A stretch of 64,000 bases of DNA from Paragordius varius (Eukaryota; Animalia; Nematomorpha): positions 7,874,001 through 7,938,000 of the forward strand of contig OZ176053.1 of NCBI GenBank assembly GCA_964247055.1. The letters are read 5' to 3'. A program made the position numbers and the translations under genes. Shown in pieces: positions 1 to 24,399 of the stretch. The first letter of the stretch is position 1. The number at the start of each line of letters is the position of its first letter. The notes beneath the pieces are model-generated. The model searched no databases. It was not told the origin of the DNA and saw only the letters and a list, made by a program, of their open reading frames with translations.

Positions 1-387
1 TTATTTGAGATAATTGAAGGTGACTTATTTATACTATTTTCTATATTTTGTTTTGGATTAATAGTATTGTGATGTAATCGCATTTTACGCAATATTTCGG
101 GATTAGGGTGAATAAAGTGAAAATTAGGCAGTAACATTTGAATTGTTTTCTAGAAATTGGTTAAAAATGTTTTTACTAATATTCAGGATTATTATTGATT
201 ATGAAATGCAAAACTCAACAAATGGGTTGTTATGTGTTATTTTGCATTATAGGTGATTTTTTAAGGTCATAAAATATTATTATATTATTCTATATTTGGT
301 TTATATTTTTTGTTAAAAACGGAATTAGGTAAAAATCAAAAGCCAATATGTGGAGTTGTTAATAATTGTTAAATATGAAAAATATAC

Positions 388-9990
<9,603 letters not shown>

Positions 9991-10992
9991 TGCTTTACTC
10001 AACTTTTAACATATGGTCCTCCAGTATTTGAAAAGCTGGGAAAAGTTTATCACCATTTACTATTAGGTTTCTGATTTCAATGGGTAGAAGAAATATATCT
10101 ATTTAATAATTTTGAACCTTATAATAATTTATCTCATTATAAGTTTTATTTACATAAAGTATTTAATACCACTGGGTTTTTTTTTGTCTTGAGGAATAGA
10201 CCTTAGAGGAGGGGTGTTCTACATGCGGCCTCCCAAAATTTCTTTATAGCACTCGAAAAATTACCATATAATTACCAAAAATAAACTGAAAAATTATTTT
10301 AAATTAAAAATTTTAACTGCAAATACAAGTTTGCTTTTTTATTAAAGATATTAACTTCCTGCGCTTTCGGTTCACTATTTTCTAATTTAATTTTTGGGTG
10401 AAATTTTGTAAATAAACTACTGATTTGAAAGTTATTTTAGATAAAGTCGTAAACACTCTAATGCATTACATTTTCTAACCATAATATACATTTATTTAAC
10501 TGTGGTATTAGCGATTTAAAAAATTTATAGAAAAAATAGCAAAAAAAGTTTGAAATAAGGATTTTTTACAATTTTACATTTAATTTTTGGGTATAATGCG
10601 CCTAAAGGCTAAAGAAAGCATTTTTTAAATTCGGAAAAGCTTAAATAATTTTTAAATTATTTAAATTATCGCTCAAGGATATAAAACTAATTTAAAAGGT
10701 AATGGAATGTTAAAAATGTAGTCAGATTAAAATATATCTTTCCATTGCAACATTAACAAAAATTGAAATATTTAATAGATAAATAGTGCCCGTAATTTTC
10801 TTTACAGTGCCATAATTAAAATATAAATATATATTCAGCTGCAGTTCGCGGCTCAGCTCCTTTTTTTTTAAAAAAATTTATTTTTATCTTATCTGCTCCT
10901 TAGCAGTTGAAGGCCAGGAAGTACATCCGCTCTGTAAAAAATAGTGTAATTTATCCTACAATACATAAATTACTTATCCATACTTTTAACTA

Positions 10993-13900
10993 ATGAACTA
11001 CCCTTCTAAATTTCGCATCGGCAGCTGGAACATTAATTCGCTAACATTTAAAGGCTTGGAGATTGCTGACGTGCTTAAGGAAAGAAATATTCCAATTTGC
11101 GCTATTCAAGAATGTAGATGGCTAAATTCCGGAACCAAATCCATTCTTGATTTTAAATTAATTTGGAACGGCAACAATAAAGTTAAAACAGCTGGTGTGG
11201 GTTTCTTCATCCACAACTCATTATATGACAATATTAAGGCAGTTAATTATGTAAACGAACGCATTATATCCATTACAATCCTTATTAATAATATAACATA
11301 CAATTTATTTTCGATCTACACGCCTCACAACGGCCATTCACTAAAAGATAAAGAAGCTTTTTGGTCTCAATTACATGAGCAAATAATAAATGTACCCGAT
11401 CATCATCAACTGATAATTTCTGGGGATTTTAATTCACATATATCCACAAATCCTATTCAATCTGTACATGGAGGTTGGGGATTAAACGAGACAAATGAAA
11501 ATGGTGAATTTTTATTGGACTTATCCAACAGCTGTCAACTAAGCATAATAAATACTTTCTTTAAAAAATCCCTCAAACAACGTTACACTTATTCCTCAGG
11601 AAATAACAATTCCATGATTGATTACTTCTTATGCAAACAAACTCAAAGGAAAAATTATTTTAATATCAAAGGAATACCTTGCTTGAATCTAAACCATAAA
11701 CTAATGATTTTAGAACTTGTAATAAGAAACACCCATACTATTACTCACCCCCCCACAAAGAAACAACCTATCAGATACCGGAAACTTAAAGATGATAATA
11801 TAAAAAATTCCTACGCTTCCACAGTTGATAAACTACTATCGACAAAGGAAACATTATCTAACCCAAATGAAATATGGAATAATATAAAAACTATATGCGT
11901 CAATACTCTTGATTCCTTGGTTGGACGTTCAAAGCATAATCGGCGGATTCCTTCGACCCACAATTGGTGGTGGAATGAAGATATCCGTAAATTGACTCAA
12001 CTTAAACGCAAAACCAGCCTAAACTACAGGAAAAATCCATCGATTGAAAATAAAAACATCTACCTACTGCAAAACGAAACTGCCAAAAAGAAATACGTAA
12101 AGCTATAAACATTAAAGCCCTTGAAGTTGCAGAAAATATTGACGAACATACAGAAAATAACACAATATACAAATACCTCAAACATTCAAACCCAACCAAC
12201 ACCACCACATATATAAAATCGGTGAAAACAGACAATAACAACATCTGTCAAATTCCTACCATAGTTAATAAAACCTTTGCAAACTACTTTGAAAATACTT
12301 TAAATCAAGAAAATAACACAATCCTACCCCATGTACCGCCAACATTAGGGTGCCCCGAATTCATTGATGCAAATTGCATTCAATCGGCGATTCTAAAATT
12401 AAAGAACGGTAAAACACCAGGATTGTCGGAAGTTACTGTCGACATTCTTAAACCCATTGCTACAATAAGTGATCATTTATCTAACCTCTTTAACCTCATC
12501 ATACAAATGGAAGTCATCCCTGAAGACTGGCAAAACAGCATCATCATACCCATCTACAAGGGAAAAGGTGATTCACTCCTACCTAGCTCTTTTAGGCCCA
12601 TTAAAATCTTGGAACACACCTTTAAAATTTTTGAGCTCATTCTATACAATAAGATTAAACTTAAAGTTCATCTAGACGACATTCAATTTGGCTTCCAATC
12701 TGGCAAAAGCACAATTGATGCGATTTTCATACTCCGCCAAATGCAAGCAGCCCATCTCAGAAATACACCCCTCTATTATGCCTTCTTCGACCTAGAAAAG
12801 GCTTTTGACTCTATCCCAAGATCGATGATAACATGGGCCCTAAGAAGTAAGGGAATCGAAGAATGGATTATCCAAAGCATAATGTTGCTATATTCCGGCT
12901 CCAAAGCCCAAATCAAAACTTTCTATGGCCTATCAGAATCCATCAATATACACTCAGGGCTGCACCAAGGTTCTGTCCTGAGTCCCTTACTATTCATTAT
13001 AATAATTGATGAGATTACAAAGAACATTCGCAGGGGCTTACCCTGGGAACTGCTCTTTGCAGATGATCTGGTAATAATGGGCTCATCTGAAGACGATCTC
13101 ATCTTATCTATTGACAAATGGAAAAATTGCTTGGAAAGTCATGGCCTTAAAATCAATCCCAGCAAAACAAAACTAATGCACGACAATATAATAAAGCCCA
13201 TTAAGTACCCATGTAGAATTTGCAGCCTAGCTGTAAAGGCAAATTCTATATTGTGTACTAAATGTAATTACTGGATACATAAAAAATGCTCAAACCTAAA
13301 ATCACTTAAGGTTGATGCCTTTACTTGCCCAAGTTGCATCGACAACCTACCCATACCAGAACATAATTTAAACTCAATCCCTAATACCTACAATTACGAA
13401 ACTGTTACTCACTTTAAATATCTGGGTGACGAAATATCCGCAAAAGGAGGTATCAGTTATGGCCTCAAACACAGATCATCTGAAGCATGGAAAAAATACC
13501 ATGCACTAAAACACATAATAAATACATAAAGCTTGAAACAAAATCGCAACTATATTCTACCATTATCCGTCCCGCACTAACCTACGGCACGGAATGTTGG
13601 CCCATGACAAAGTCAAACCTTGGTAAATTCCAAAGATCAGAATCCAAAATACTCAATACAATACTTTTTGTACATAATCCTAAACTCTTTAACTTTAATA
13701 ATCAATTTGACCCTTATAAAATCCTTAATATCACTGCTCTTGACCGCTTTCTAAGAGCTAAAAGACTGAGATGGGCTGGTCACATCCATCGTAGACCACC
13801 AGATAATTATATACATATAATGATGTCCTACTCCACACCTAGCTCAAAGCCTGGCAGACCCTTCAAAAGCTGGATCAGTACTATATATGATGATCTTACT

Positions 13901-14020
13901 GAGACCAAATTAAAAATAGAAGATGCGGAAAATAGAAACAATTGGAAAACAGCAATAAAAACTTATCTCAAATCAGCTACCTTCAACTCTGAAGAACAAC
14001 AGCTTTGATGATATTGATAT
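10993..14020 (+). mobile_element. RTE-clade LINE, family A copy 1 (APE endonuclease + RT + Cys/His finger), broken by two frameshifts
   Basis: Motifs [50 protein letters not shown]. Relative to copy 2 there is a 1-nt deletion near 12068 and a 7-nt deletion near 13520. The stop codon runs into a TGATGATAT tail. Confidence 0.95.
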
Positions 14021-14310
14021 TTGATTTCGTTTGTTATATCTATTTTTTTAACCGCCCCGCTAAACTTTCGAGTTGAAAATGCTGTCCCTGAGATCAATTG
14101 TCTTGAATACCCCTGTTGACCAATATACTTTAATACAGATCATCTCTATAAATCTTCGATGCGAATCGGGGGAGGCGCCTGTTTCAAAAAATTTTAATCT
14201 TTAGAACCATTTCTAAATTTTGTACTTTTGATGCATCGCAATTAAAAAAATATTAATTACTGACTTGCTATTATATATGATTATTATTTGGATACAACCC
14301 ATTTATTTCA

Positions 14311-16169
14311 GTTCTTCAATTCAAATTGGGGTAGTTATATACCCCAGGCTTGTTTAAAATTAAATATTTCAAAAATATGGAATAAATTAAAACCATAGCA
14401 AAGGTTTGCACCTATATAACATTATAAACCAAAGTAAAAAATTTATTCATAAATATTTGATATTACTTATTAAGGGTTAGAACCGAGAGGTAAAAATTTA
14501 GCCAACGTGACATGTGTGCAGCTTACTCTAAAAAATGCAAAAGATACCACTATTTTTGTTTATCTCAATGTTTAATGTGATTTTTTTAAAAATGTAAACT
14601 TAATTTTAGGCTTAAAGTAAATAAACACGATATTTGGCAAAAATGTTGTAAAATAAAAATGGCGTCGAAGTAATTTGATATGGAACTTTTTTTTCAAAAC
14701 TAAATTTATTTAGACAATTTTACTAATTTATATAATTTTTATTAGTATAGAAGCATATATTTAAGTTTGGACCGTTTTTTTCAGTAGTTTTTTTCAAATA
14801 TTAATTTAAATATAGTCTGGGGTATTATACTCCAATTTAAATCGAAGTGTTAACCTGCGATAAAATAGGGACGGCAATGCATGAGTATTTCAGCTAAATT
14901 CAAAAATAATGTTATTAAACCATTTATCTGTCAATATTTTTAAATGTGATTTTAAAATAAAATTAGTTTTTTAGCATTAGATTATAAAAATACCATCAGT
15001 GAAAAGTTGTTAAATAAAAATGGCGTCGAAGTAAATAAAATAAATTTATTTTTCGCTTGTTTAAATTATTTCAAGAGAGGACCAATTTAAATGGTACAAC
15101 ACGCTTTGCTGTTTTATTATCCATTTAAAGTTAGCCTGGGGCCATTTATCCCAATACCGATGTATCAACTATAAATCGTTAGAATAAAAATATTAAAATA
15201 ATTTTTTGTTATATATTGTAATTAATAATAAATATTTAAAGACATACAAAAAAATGGTAGATAAGTTGTTAAGCGTTTAGAACCGCGATTACGATTGAAA
15301 CGGTTGTAAATTTTCCATATAAGCAACATACGTTTAAATTTATTTTATTTATTTATTGTTTGTAATTTAAGTTTTGATCAATTTTCTGCATTTTTTTAAT
15401 ATTTCACCCTTATTTTATTATTTAACATTTTGCTTATTTCATGTATAAAAACTATCATTCCGTATTGCCAATAAAATAGGGGAAATAACTAAAATTTTAT
15501 GATTACTTTAATATGGCATATTCAACACTTGGATGCCACACATTCATTTCAGTCCTTCGATTCAAATTGGGGTAGTGGATACCCCAAACCTGTTTAAAAC
15601 TAATTAATTCAAAATATATGGAATGAATTGAAACCATGGCACATAATAAACAGAAAATACTTGATATAATAATTAATTTGGCAAACGTATGAATATATTA
15701 TTAACAAATAAAAAATTTATTAATAATATATTCATACGTTTGCCAAATTAATTATTATATTGTCATTCACGTATGGAATCCTTAAATTTTAAGAAAATAC
15801 TTGATATTTATTTAAGGTAAAATCCAAAGGTAAAAATTTAGTCAACATGACATGTTTGCATTATAAATAATACAGAAACCACTTTTTCTGTTTCTATCAA
15901 TGTTGCATATTTAATGATATTAGCTTTAAGCTGATTTAATGAAATTAGCTTTAAGCTTTAAAAATTAAATTAACACGATATTTTGCAAAAATGTCAAAAA
16001 TAAAAATGGAGTCATAGTAGTATGATAATTCAAAATTAAATTTTATTTGGATTCGGCTTATTTATAAAATTTTTATTAGGATGGAAGCATAAATTTAAAT
16101 TGGGACTAAAAATATCAATTTAAAAATAGTCTGGGGTATTAGACACTCCAATTTGATTCGAAGTGTTAA
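14311..16169. mobile_element. Cluster of related non-autonomous TIR elements in direct orientation (14311-14853, 15552-16169, and a more diverged relative between them)
   Basis: Shared left end CTTCRATTCAAATTGGGGTAG..ATACCCCA and right end TGGGGTATT..ACTCCAATTT.ATCGAAGTGTTAA, which are mutually inverted. The TTAA at the right end hints at piggyBac, but the left TTAA is absent. Confidence 0.6.
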
Positions 16170-16329
16170 TAAAACATTACGAAGCGCAAATCTTATTTAT
16201 ATTATTACACAAATTATTCAAAAATGTTTGCAAGCCGTATTGACATCCTGGATTAGATTGTTTTAGCACAGTTTTAAAGCTAGGTAGAGGGAATATTATT
16301 ATTGAAAGTTACTATCAAAAGTTTATATT

Positions 16330-19300
16330 TATTGACATTGATGTCCTAAAAATTAATAATATGTACCTTTCGCTATAATATTTTTATCATTCTCCTATCG
16401 AGCATTTATCCTATGATTTGTTTGTTTTTTTTATATTTATCTCACTCTAGTTTCCTTGTCCCCTTACTTCATTTATATTTTTGTGTCCATTTATTAAGCA
16501 AAAACATGTTTTTCTATTTACCCCTTTTACATAATTGGCGATTGCCCTTTCATCAAGACGTTTTTACCCAAAAAAATTTTTTTGGATTTATCTAAAAATC
16601 TCCCATTTTCTTAAAAATTAAATAAAAATACTTATTTTTCCACCAAACTATTCACAATTTCATTTTTATATAATTTCAAAATATTACTATGAAATATTTT
16701 CCTAAATTTTCGAAACAGCGTCCTCAAAATAATTATAAATTATCCTTTTTTCGTCTAATGTTTACACTTTAATATATTCCTTTCATTAATTTAAAATATC
16801 TATTTCGATAAAAATGCCCTGAACATTAAATAAATGTTATACCTTTGAATTTAGGTTTTTGATCATAGGCTAATCTAGCAATTTAAAGCAAATAAATTTA
16901 TTTATTTTTAGTATTTATCATAACTCCACGAATTTATTCAGTAATTAATTTTAACTATACCCGCTCTTAATATTTTTGGCGCTCCTTTCATCATATTCTC
17001 AAATTATTTTTCAGACAATTATTATCTTAAAACCTCAAAATATTCCAATTATATATAAATTATACATTTGCTATATATTTTTAGCGCATCTCCATACTGT
17101 TTCTGAAAAGTTAAATTATCCGGCATTCATCAATCAAATTTTTTTTCCCTTATATATATTAATTGTTTTATTAAAAAGTGCTTCGATAACTAATTATAAA
17201 TTAGTTTTTTCTTTAATAATTTGACCAAGCTCAATTTATCAACCAGATTATACCCAGATATTTTGGTTTTAATATTTATCTGAAAATCTATTTTTTTATA
17301 AAAGGTTTCTTTATATTGTAATTATACTAGCATGTTATTGATCAACCAATTTAATACCCAAATTTTTTTTACTTTCATTATTAATCTCAAATTCCAAAAA
17401 TCCTAAAAATTAATTAAAACTCAACCTTTATTGAATATTTTTGGCGAATCTACTACCTTTTATATTTACCAGACCCATTATATAAAAATACATAAAATTA
17501 ATTATTAATTATACCTTCTCTTAAATAATTTTTGTAAGCAGTCTGCTAAAATTTATTTAGTAATAATTTGAATTCAATCTATTTATTTATAAATTATTCC
17601 TTAAAATATATTATAAATTATACATTTTCATTCATAAAATGGTTTATATCACGAATGCCATAAAAATGTTCTGAAAATTAACTAAAATTTTATATTTTAT
17701 TTTTCATTTTTGGTTATCCATTAATCAATTAGTGTCCTAAAAGTATTTTCAAAATTATACCCTTTATTTTACCTTTCGTTTAATTTATATTGTTTTATTT
17801 TTCGGAGCTCTATTCATACAATGGCCTAAATTTATTTTTCTTTTAATCGCTATAAATGTCTTGATATTGTATAATTCCTACCATTTCATTATGGATTTTG
17901 ACGATTTTCTATATATTAATTGGTTTATACTCTTAAATTTTTATTTTTATAATAGAATAATGTATACCTTTTTAGAGCTTTGGGCTCTCAATTTACCAAT
18001 TATCTGATGCATTATTTGATATTTAATATTTTTTCTTATATCTAACTCCATAAAAATGCAAATAATTATAAATATTAATACCTTTCCATCATAATTTATG
18101 GTGATTCTATATTCATCAGCACATCAAAATTATTTATTTGGATTTTTATGTCAAAATCTTGTGATATAAATTGTCTATTAAAATCATACCGTTCCCTTTA
18201 TTCTCTTTGGGAAATGCCATTCATCAAACAGTTACTTACCTATCAAATTTTACGCCTATAAATTGGAAGATCTGATTTCAAAACATATTTTAATTAATTC
18301 ATTTTCATTCTAATTTGGCCAATCTTAATTATATTTTATATTGTTTCACAATATTTTCTTAGAAATTAATAAATATTATACCTCTTTTACAAATCTGTTA
18401 GCCATTATCCATTGATCAAGCAGTTATATTTTAAAATTTTCATATTACCAAAAATTTATTTCCCAAATTTCCAATTAATATATGTTCCCTAAAAATGTCC
18501 TGAAAATCGAATATAAATAAAAATATTGGTAAACATTATTTAAGCAATTTTTACCAGAAATATTACTTTAATATTATACCATAATATAATTCCGTAAAAA
18601 TGGTCTGAAAATAATATTGCCTTTCTCAATATTTTTGGTAATTCTTTATTCACAGATTAAACCTTAAATTTGATTTGGATTTTAGAATTTCCTAAAATCC
18701 TACAAAACATATCCTGATAATTATATATGATGAATCATACCTTTTCATTAATATTTTGGGAGATTCTCCATTTATGTGGTTTATGATTTTAAATTCAAAC
18801 ATCTAGTTTTATTAAATTATATTTTATCAATATATTTCGCCATCCCCTCTTCATCAAAAACTTCATTATACCAACAAACTACTTTAAATTTAAATTATAA
18901 TTTCAAGATACAATTTCATAAATATGTCTTGTGAAGAAATTACTTTAAAATTTTGGCAAATATCCATTCATCAAGCAGTTTATACCTTGAATTAGTTTTA
19001 TAATATTCTCAAAATTTCTCACCATAAAAATATTCTAAAAATTAAATGTAACTTTTATATTACCTTTATAACTTTTGGCGCATCTCCATTAATCTGCTTC
19101 TTCTGCTAAATATTTTTATAACCTATTAAAAATTTTGTTGACTTAATTCCTCAAACAGTTTCATAACCCAAAATTATTTTATTTTTATATTTTGCAAAAA
19201 AACTCATGAAAATCAAATTTGGCGACATCCTTATATGTTGGAATTCATCAGGGAAATATTTTTTCTTTCTACTTCAAAAAAATCTTATTCCAAAAAAAAT

Positions 19301-19400
19301 TCTGAAAATTCGTATTGGGTTCTTATATCGTTCAGTTTACACCATAAAGATGTCCTAAATTTTGGCATTTTTCTAAAGGATGTATGCTATAATTCATTTT
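16330..19400. repeat. Degenerate modular satellite-like array (left part)
   Basis: Recurring modules CCATAAAAATGTCCTGAAAAT, TATACCTTT and TTTTGGCGAATCTCCATTCATCAAGCAGTT, all in one orientation (e.g. near 16810, 17660, 18050, 18490, 18590, 18950, 19020). Confidence 0.65.
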
Positions 19401-19403
19401 TTA

Positions 19404-19404
<1 letters not shown>

Positions 19405-19447
<43 letters not shown>

Positions 19448-22400
19448 ATTACATGTTTTCACTCGTGAGAGCGGTCATGTTATACAACCTGTCTCGCCAT
19501 AAAACTCTATCTATGGCGTCCTCTGCATTAAACTCGTATTCTGTTAGCTCTCTTTTTACTGTATCTATCCATTTTGTTTTAAATCGCCCACCTCCTCGTT
19601 TTCCCTCAACTATATAACCATCTATTATTTTTGCAATATAATTAGAATCTCTCCTTTCAATGTGCCCGAACCAACGTAGCCTATTTTTTGACATTCTTTC
19701 CACTATTGGTTTAATATCTGTGCTCCCACGAATAAATCTATTCTCGATTCTGTCCTTTCTAGTTACCCCACACATCATTCTGAGCATTTTCATTTCAGTC
19801 ACGTTAAATTGTCTTTCTTCGGATTTTTTGACACCCCATGTCTGTGAATTATACATCATTACTGGACAACTGAACTGTAAATCTTACCTTTCACTCTAAC
19901 ATCAATATTTCGATCGCATAATACGCTCGAAATTTTCTTCCAATTTACCCAGCTGCTCTTTATTCTTAAATTAATATCGTCAGTTAACGAACCATCTGCA
20001 CTTAACATAGCTCCCAGATATTTGCAACTTTCTTTACCCTTCAGAACCCAACTATCATCAACTACCATTTCATGTTGTGGACCCCCAAAAGTAATAAGTT
20101 CGGTTTTTGCTTTGTTTACTTTCTGACCATATTGATCCAGCATAACAACCCATCTGTTTACCGTTCGCTTTAACTCAATTAATGAATCAGACATAATAAT
20201 TATGTCATCTGCATACATTAAGTACCATCCTGAACTCACATTTACAACCTTGGCTACCTCGTCCATACAAATTATAAACAATAAGGGACTGAGTGATGAG
20301 CCTTGGTAGACTCCATGCTTTATTGAAAAGGGCTCTGATAAACCTTGTGGAGTTTTAATCCTGGAGGTGTGTGATTCGTACATTATTTGTAACAACTTAA
20401 TATAACTTTCTGGCACCTTTTTACGACGGAGACTCCACCAAATAGTTTCTCTAGGAATCCTGTCAAACGCCTTCTCTATATCAATCAAAACCCCGTGTAA
20501 TTCTTTCTTTTTTTCAATGTGTTTTTCAATCAACCTCCTAACCGCATGTATAGGATCTACTGTTGACTTTCCTGGCATGAAACCAAATTGATTTCCTTCT
20601 ATGGATATCATTTTCCTGATTCGCTTTTCAATTATTTTTTCAAACAATTTCATAGTGTGCGACATAAGTTTTATCCCTCTATAGTTACTACATTCATTTA
20701 TATCACCTTTTCCTTTAAATAAAGGCACAGTTAAACTTTCCTTCCATTCAACCGGAATTTCAAACGTTGAAACAACTTTATTAAATACACGCTCCAAAAA
20801 ATTTAATCCAGAATTTCCAAGCACTTTCCAACAATTTATACTTATGTCGTCCGATCCTACAGCTTTGTTGTTTGGCATTTCTAACAAATTAGATTCTACT
20901 TCCTTTTGTGTAATTGCTTCTATTGGTCTATCAGTAGCTTCAACTTTATTTGGCAAAAATATCTCGCCTACCCCTTCATCTAAACTCACAAAGTACTCTT
21001 TCCATCTTTTTAATATTTCTACATTTTCGCACAGCAAGCTTCCATCTTTTCCTTTTATTGCAGTCGCATAACCTGGCAAATCCATCCTGCGTTTATTCCT
21101 TTGCTGCGCAACTTTATACACTTTGTTTAAACCTTGCTTACTATTTAACTCATCATAAAATAAATTCATTTTTTCTTTCTTAACCTGACCGACTAATTTT
21201 TTCAATTCCTTATTTAAACTTTTATACTTATCTCTATCATTATCATTCCTTGTATGTCTCCATTTGTCAAAAGCCTTACCTTTTTCTCGTGACATCAATA
21301 TTATTCTTTCATCGTAAAGCCAAGCCTCTCTGTATACTTGAGATTTTCCGCCTTTTAATCCACAAACTAGAGTTCCTGCCTTTTTGATTAACTGACTTAC
21401 TTTATCCCAATCACCATTTAACCCTCCATCCTCGGATAACCGTATTTCTTTTATAAAAGCCTGCCTTTTTTCGGATAATTTCTCCCACTTAATACTTTTT
21501 AATCTCTTTGAATAAGAACCACTTTGTTTAGACTTTTCTTTCACGAAAAATTTAGAAATAAGTAAATTATGTTGCGAACTAACCTCTAAGTTTGGCACGA
21601 CCTTACAATCTATTACAAGCTTCAATAAATCTCTTGGAACAAGTATAAAATCTATTTGAGATTTGTTTATGCCGCTCTTAAAAGTTAGTAGATGACTCTC
21701 TCTTTTTTCGAAAAACGTGTTCGCTATCGCCAAATTGTGAGATTGTGCAAATCTGAGCAAATTAATTCCTTCCTCGTTTCTTTCTCCATAAGAATGTCCC
21801 CCGTGCCATATTTCAAAAGATCTTTTTGAACCAAGATGACCATTAAAATCCCCACATAAAAACTTGACTCTAAGCTGAGGGAGAGCGACTATTTTTTCAT
21901 CTAGAGCAGTGGTACTCACCAAAAAAATTTGACGGGCCAAATAAAATATATTATTTTTTTGAGGGCCATGAACCAATGGCAAATATTCCAGTTATTTGAC
22001 ACATATTCACATATTTATACTCTAAATCAGCATAATGAATTTTATGCGAATCGCATGTAAATCCAGCTAAAAACTCGTTTTGCACCATTCAAAAAATTAA
22101 AATATTACGTTAACATTTATTTTGATATTAACCAATAATTTTTGACGAATTTGGTTTCGCCTCATGACAGGCCAATCTTAATACGTCGTCCATATGATCA
22201 TCGGTTAAGCAATTTCTGTATGTATTCTTGGCATACTTCAATTTTGAATATGCCGCCTCACATGTATAAGTTGAAGGAAAAACAGATAAGATAACTTGAG
22301 CACATTTTCTTATATTCTCACATTTATTTGGCACATCTTGCCAAAACTCTACATATCTTTCTTCCCCACGATTCTCCTTGAATATTGCCCTCTGAAATCA

Positions 22401-24154
22401 TTTTTAAGATCTACTAATTCTTCAATGATAGCCTGTCAAAACCGAAATGCTCAAGTTGCTTAATATTGGATGTATCCATATGCCATGGATTTTCAAAGAG
22501 TTTTAAGCATTTTTTAATATTTCTTATGATAACCTACGCGGTAATGTCGCAAAGGTAGGCTAATAAAACCCACTGTTTGTCGCTATTAATTTGCCGTCAA
22601 ACTTTCTGTTATCTTTTATAAATAATAGAATTTCATGCCTTAAAGCTAAAAATCTATTTAATACATTGGTAAGCGGTGTACAAATATGGTCAAATTCCCT
22701 GTGGATATCTTTCGGAAGGTTTTTGAATTTACGGCCGTTGAATTCTTTACCACGAATGTGGTTGACTATATCCACAACGGTCTTAATTACTTAATTGAGT
22801 GATTTCATCTTTTATACGCGAAACCAAGTTGCTGATGAATAAAGCAGTAAACGGATAAAATATTTTGCAAATTATATTTGTTTTTCAAAAGAGGAATAAA
22901 TCCTTTGTTTATTCCAATCATAGAGGGACAGCCATCTGTGCAGATCACCAATTTCATAATCCATTATTATCGAAAAAGGTGCTAATTATTTTGAGAAAAC
23001 TTCCTTTCGTGGTATTATTCATTGGTAAAAATAAATACTCGTTGATTATGTTTCGTTGCAAAATCTCACGAAGAGCGCACATTGAGATGTCTTTCCATAT
23101 TGTATTTTTTTATAATTATGTGGTCCTTACGTATAAGGCAGGTAACAACATTTTTTAAAAACGACAAAAAAATTTTTTCCTATTCTTTTATAAAGGAGCG
23201 ATTTTCATCGGATAATTTACGTTTTTTAGCATTAGATGTCATCCTTTTAATTTATGTTTAAATATTATGTAATTTTTTCAGAAAATTGGAATATAATTTG
23301 AATATAGAAAATGATGTAAGATAGCAATGAAAAGAATATGCAAGTTTGGGTGAAAGGATTGTTTTACAAAAAAGGAATGCAATAAAAATTTTAAAATAGA
23401 AAAGAAAATAAAATATAGAAACATAAACAAAAACAAAAACAAAAACAACGTGTACCAAAATTTTAAAATCATTTTAATGTAGGAAAATTTTTCTACATTT
23501 CAAATTGGGTAAAAATAAAAATCACCAAAATTAAATTTAAAGAAAATAAATTAATATTAAAATACGTCGCTTATGTGTATTTTAAAAATTCAAAAAAATA
23601 ATTTCAGTATCTATTTGGTCATAGGGCAATTTTAAAGTATTCTTAGGGCCGCATGCGGCCCGCGGGCCGCGGTTTGAGTATCACTGATCTAGAGTCTCGT
23701 AAAATTGCTCCTTTTCTTGTTTCGGTAAACCTATTTGCGGGGCATATATACTAAATACCGTTATGACCTCGTTACCTACCAAAATATCTAAATTCATGAT
23801 TCGGCTGTTATAGCGTCTTACTTCTTTAACCTGATTGGACAATTTGGGATTAATGATAATTGCCACTCCATTTCGTCCGCCACTTTCACCTGAGTAATAT
23901 AGTCGATAATTCTCTTCCAAAGTCCTTGCTCCGTTTCCGCGGTAACGAGTCTCTTGTAATGCCAAAATATCAATATGTTTAACTTTCATTATTCTCACAA
24001 TATCATTTAACTTACTTTTCAATGAACCAACATTTAAACTAGCAAAATACAAGCATCTCGTATTCCTTTGCATTCTCTTTGTATTATTGGCCACAACACC
24101 AAAACCGCGGCTGGCCAGGCCTGACCGGTTATTACTATACACATCAATATTCAT
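19405..24154 (-). mobile_element. RTE-clade LINE, family B, near full length; interrupted by a hAT insertion and one frameshift at about 19859
   Basis: Endonuclease N-terminus 23681-24154 (LNVGSL, LQETR, YAPQ) joins FLCGDFNG once the hAT and one TSD copy are removed (FYETLDEKIVAL). RT motifs QFGFMPG, DIEKAFD, YADD, RLRWFGH. (TAA)14 tail at 19405-19446 just after the stop codon. Confidence 0.95.
21907..23686 (-). mobile_element. hAT DNA transposon (Buster/Charlie, GTF2IRD2-like), copy A, decayed transposase
   Basis: TIRs CAGTGGTACTCA / CAGTGATACTCA; perfect 8-bp TSD ATCTAGAG (21899-21906, 23687-23694); remnants STYTCEAAYSKLK and IVNHIRGK. Confidence 0.95.
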
Positions 24155-24399
24155 TTGACAGCTTTAAACAAACAAAAATAAAAATAATAAAATTGAAGTG
24201 TCGAACTAATTATGACAAATTGATAGATGTTAAAAAAAAAACCTAGGCTATAGGTAAAAACGGAAATTATATTTCGCAATAAAAAAAAAACAAAATTTAT
24301 GTATAACACAATATAAATCAAGGGTTATTTTATGTGTCATAGTAAAAAATAAAATAAATAGTGCTACAATACTTATCCAAGAATACAATCTATATTTCT

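Noticed and set aside
19391-24160. ATTCATTT as TSD of RTE family B
   Set aside because: Not directly adjacent to the tail, and it overlaps the ORF start; likely chance. No TSD was found for RTE copy 1 either.
24060-24200. HDV-like ribozyme at the 5' end of RTE family B (also checked 10830-10990 for family A)
   Set aside because: GC-rich patches are present, but I could not build the nested double pseudoknot or its conserved core.
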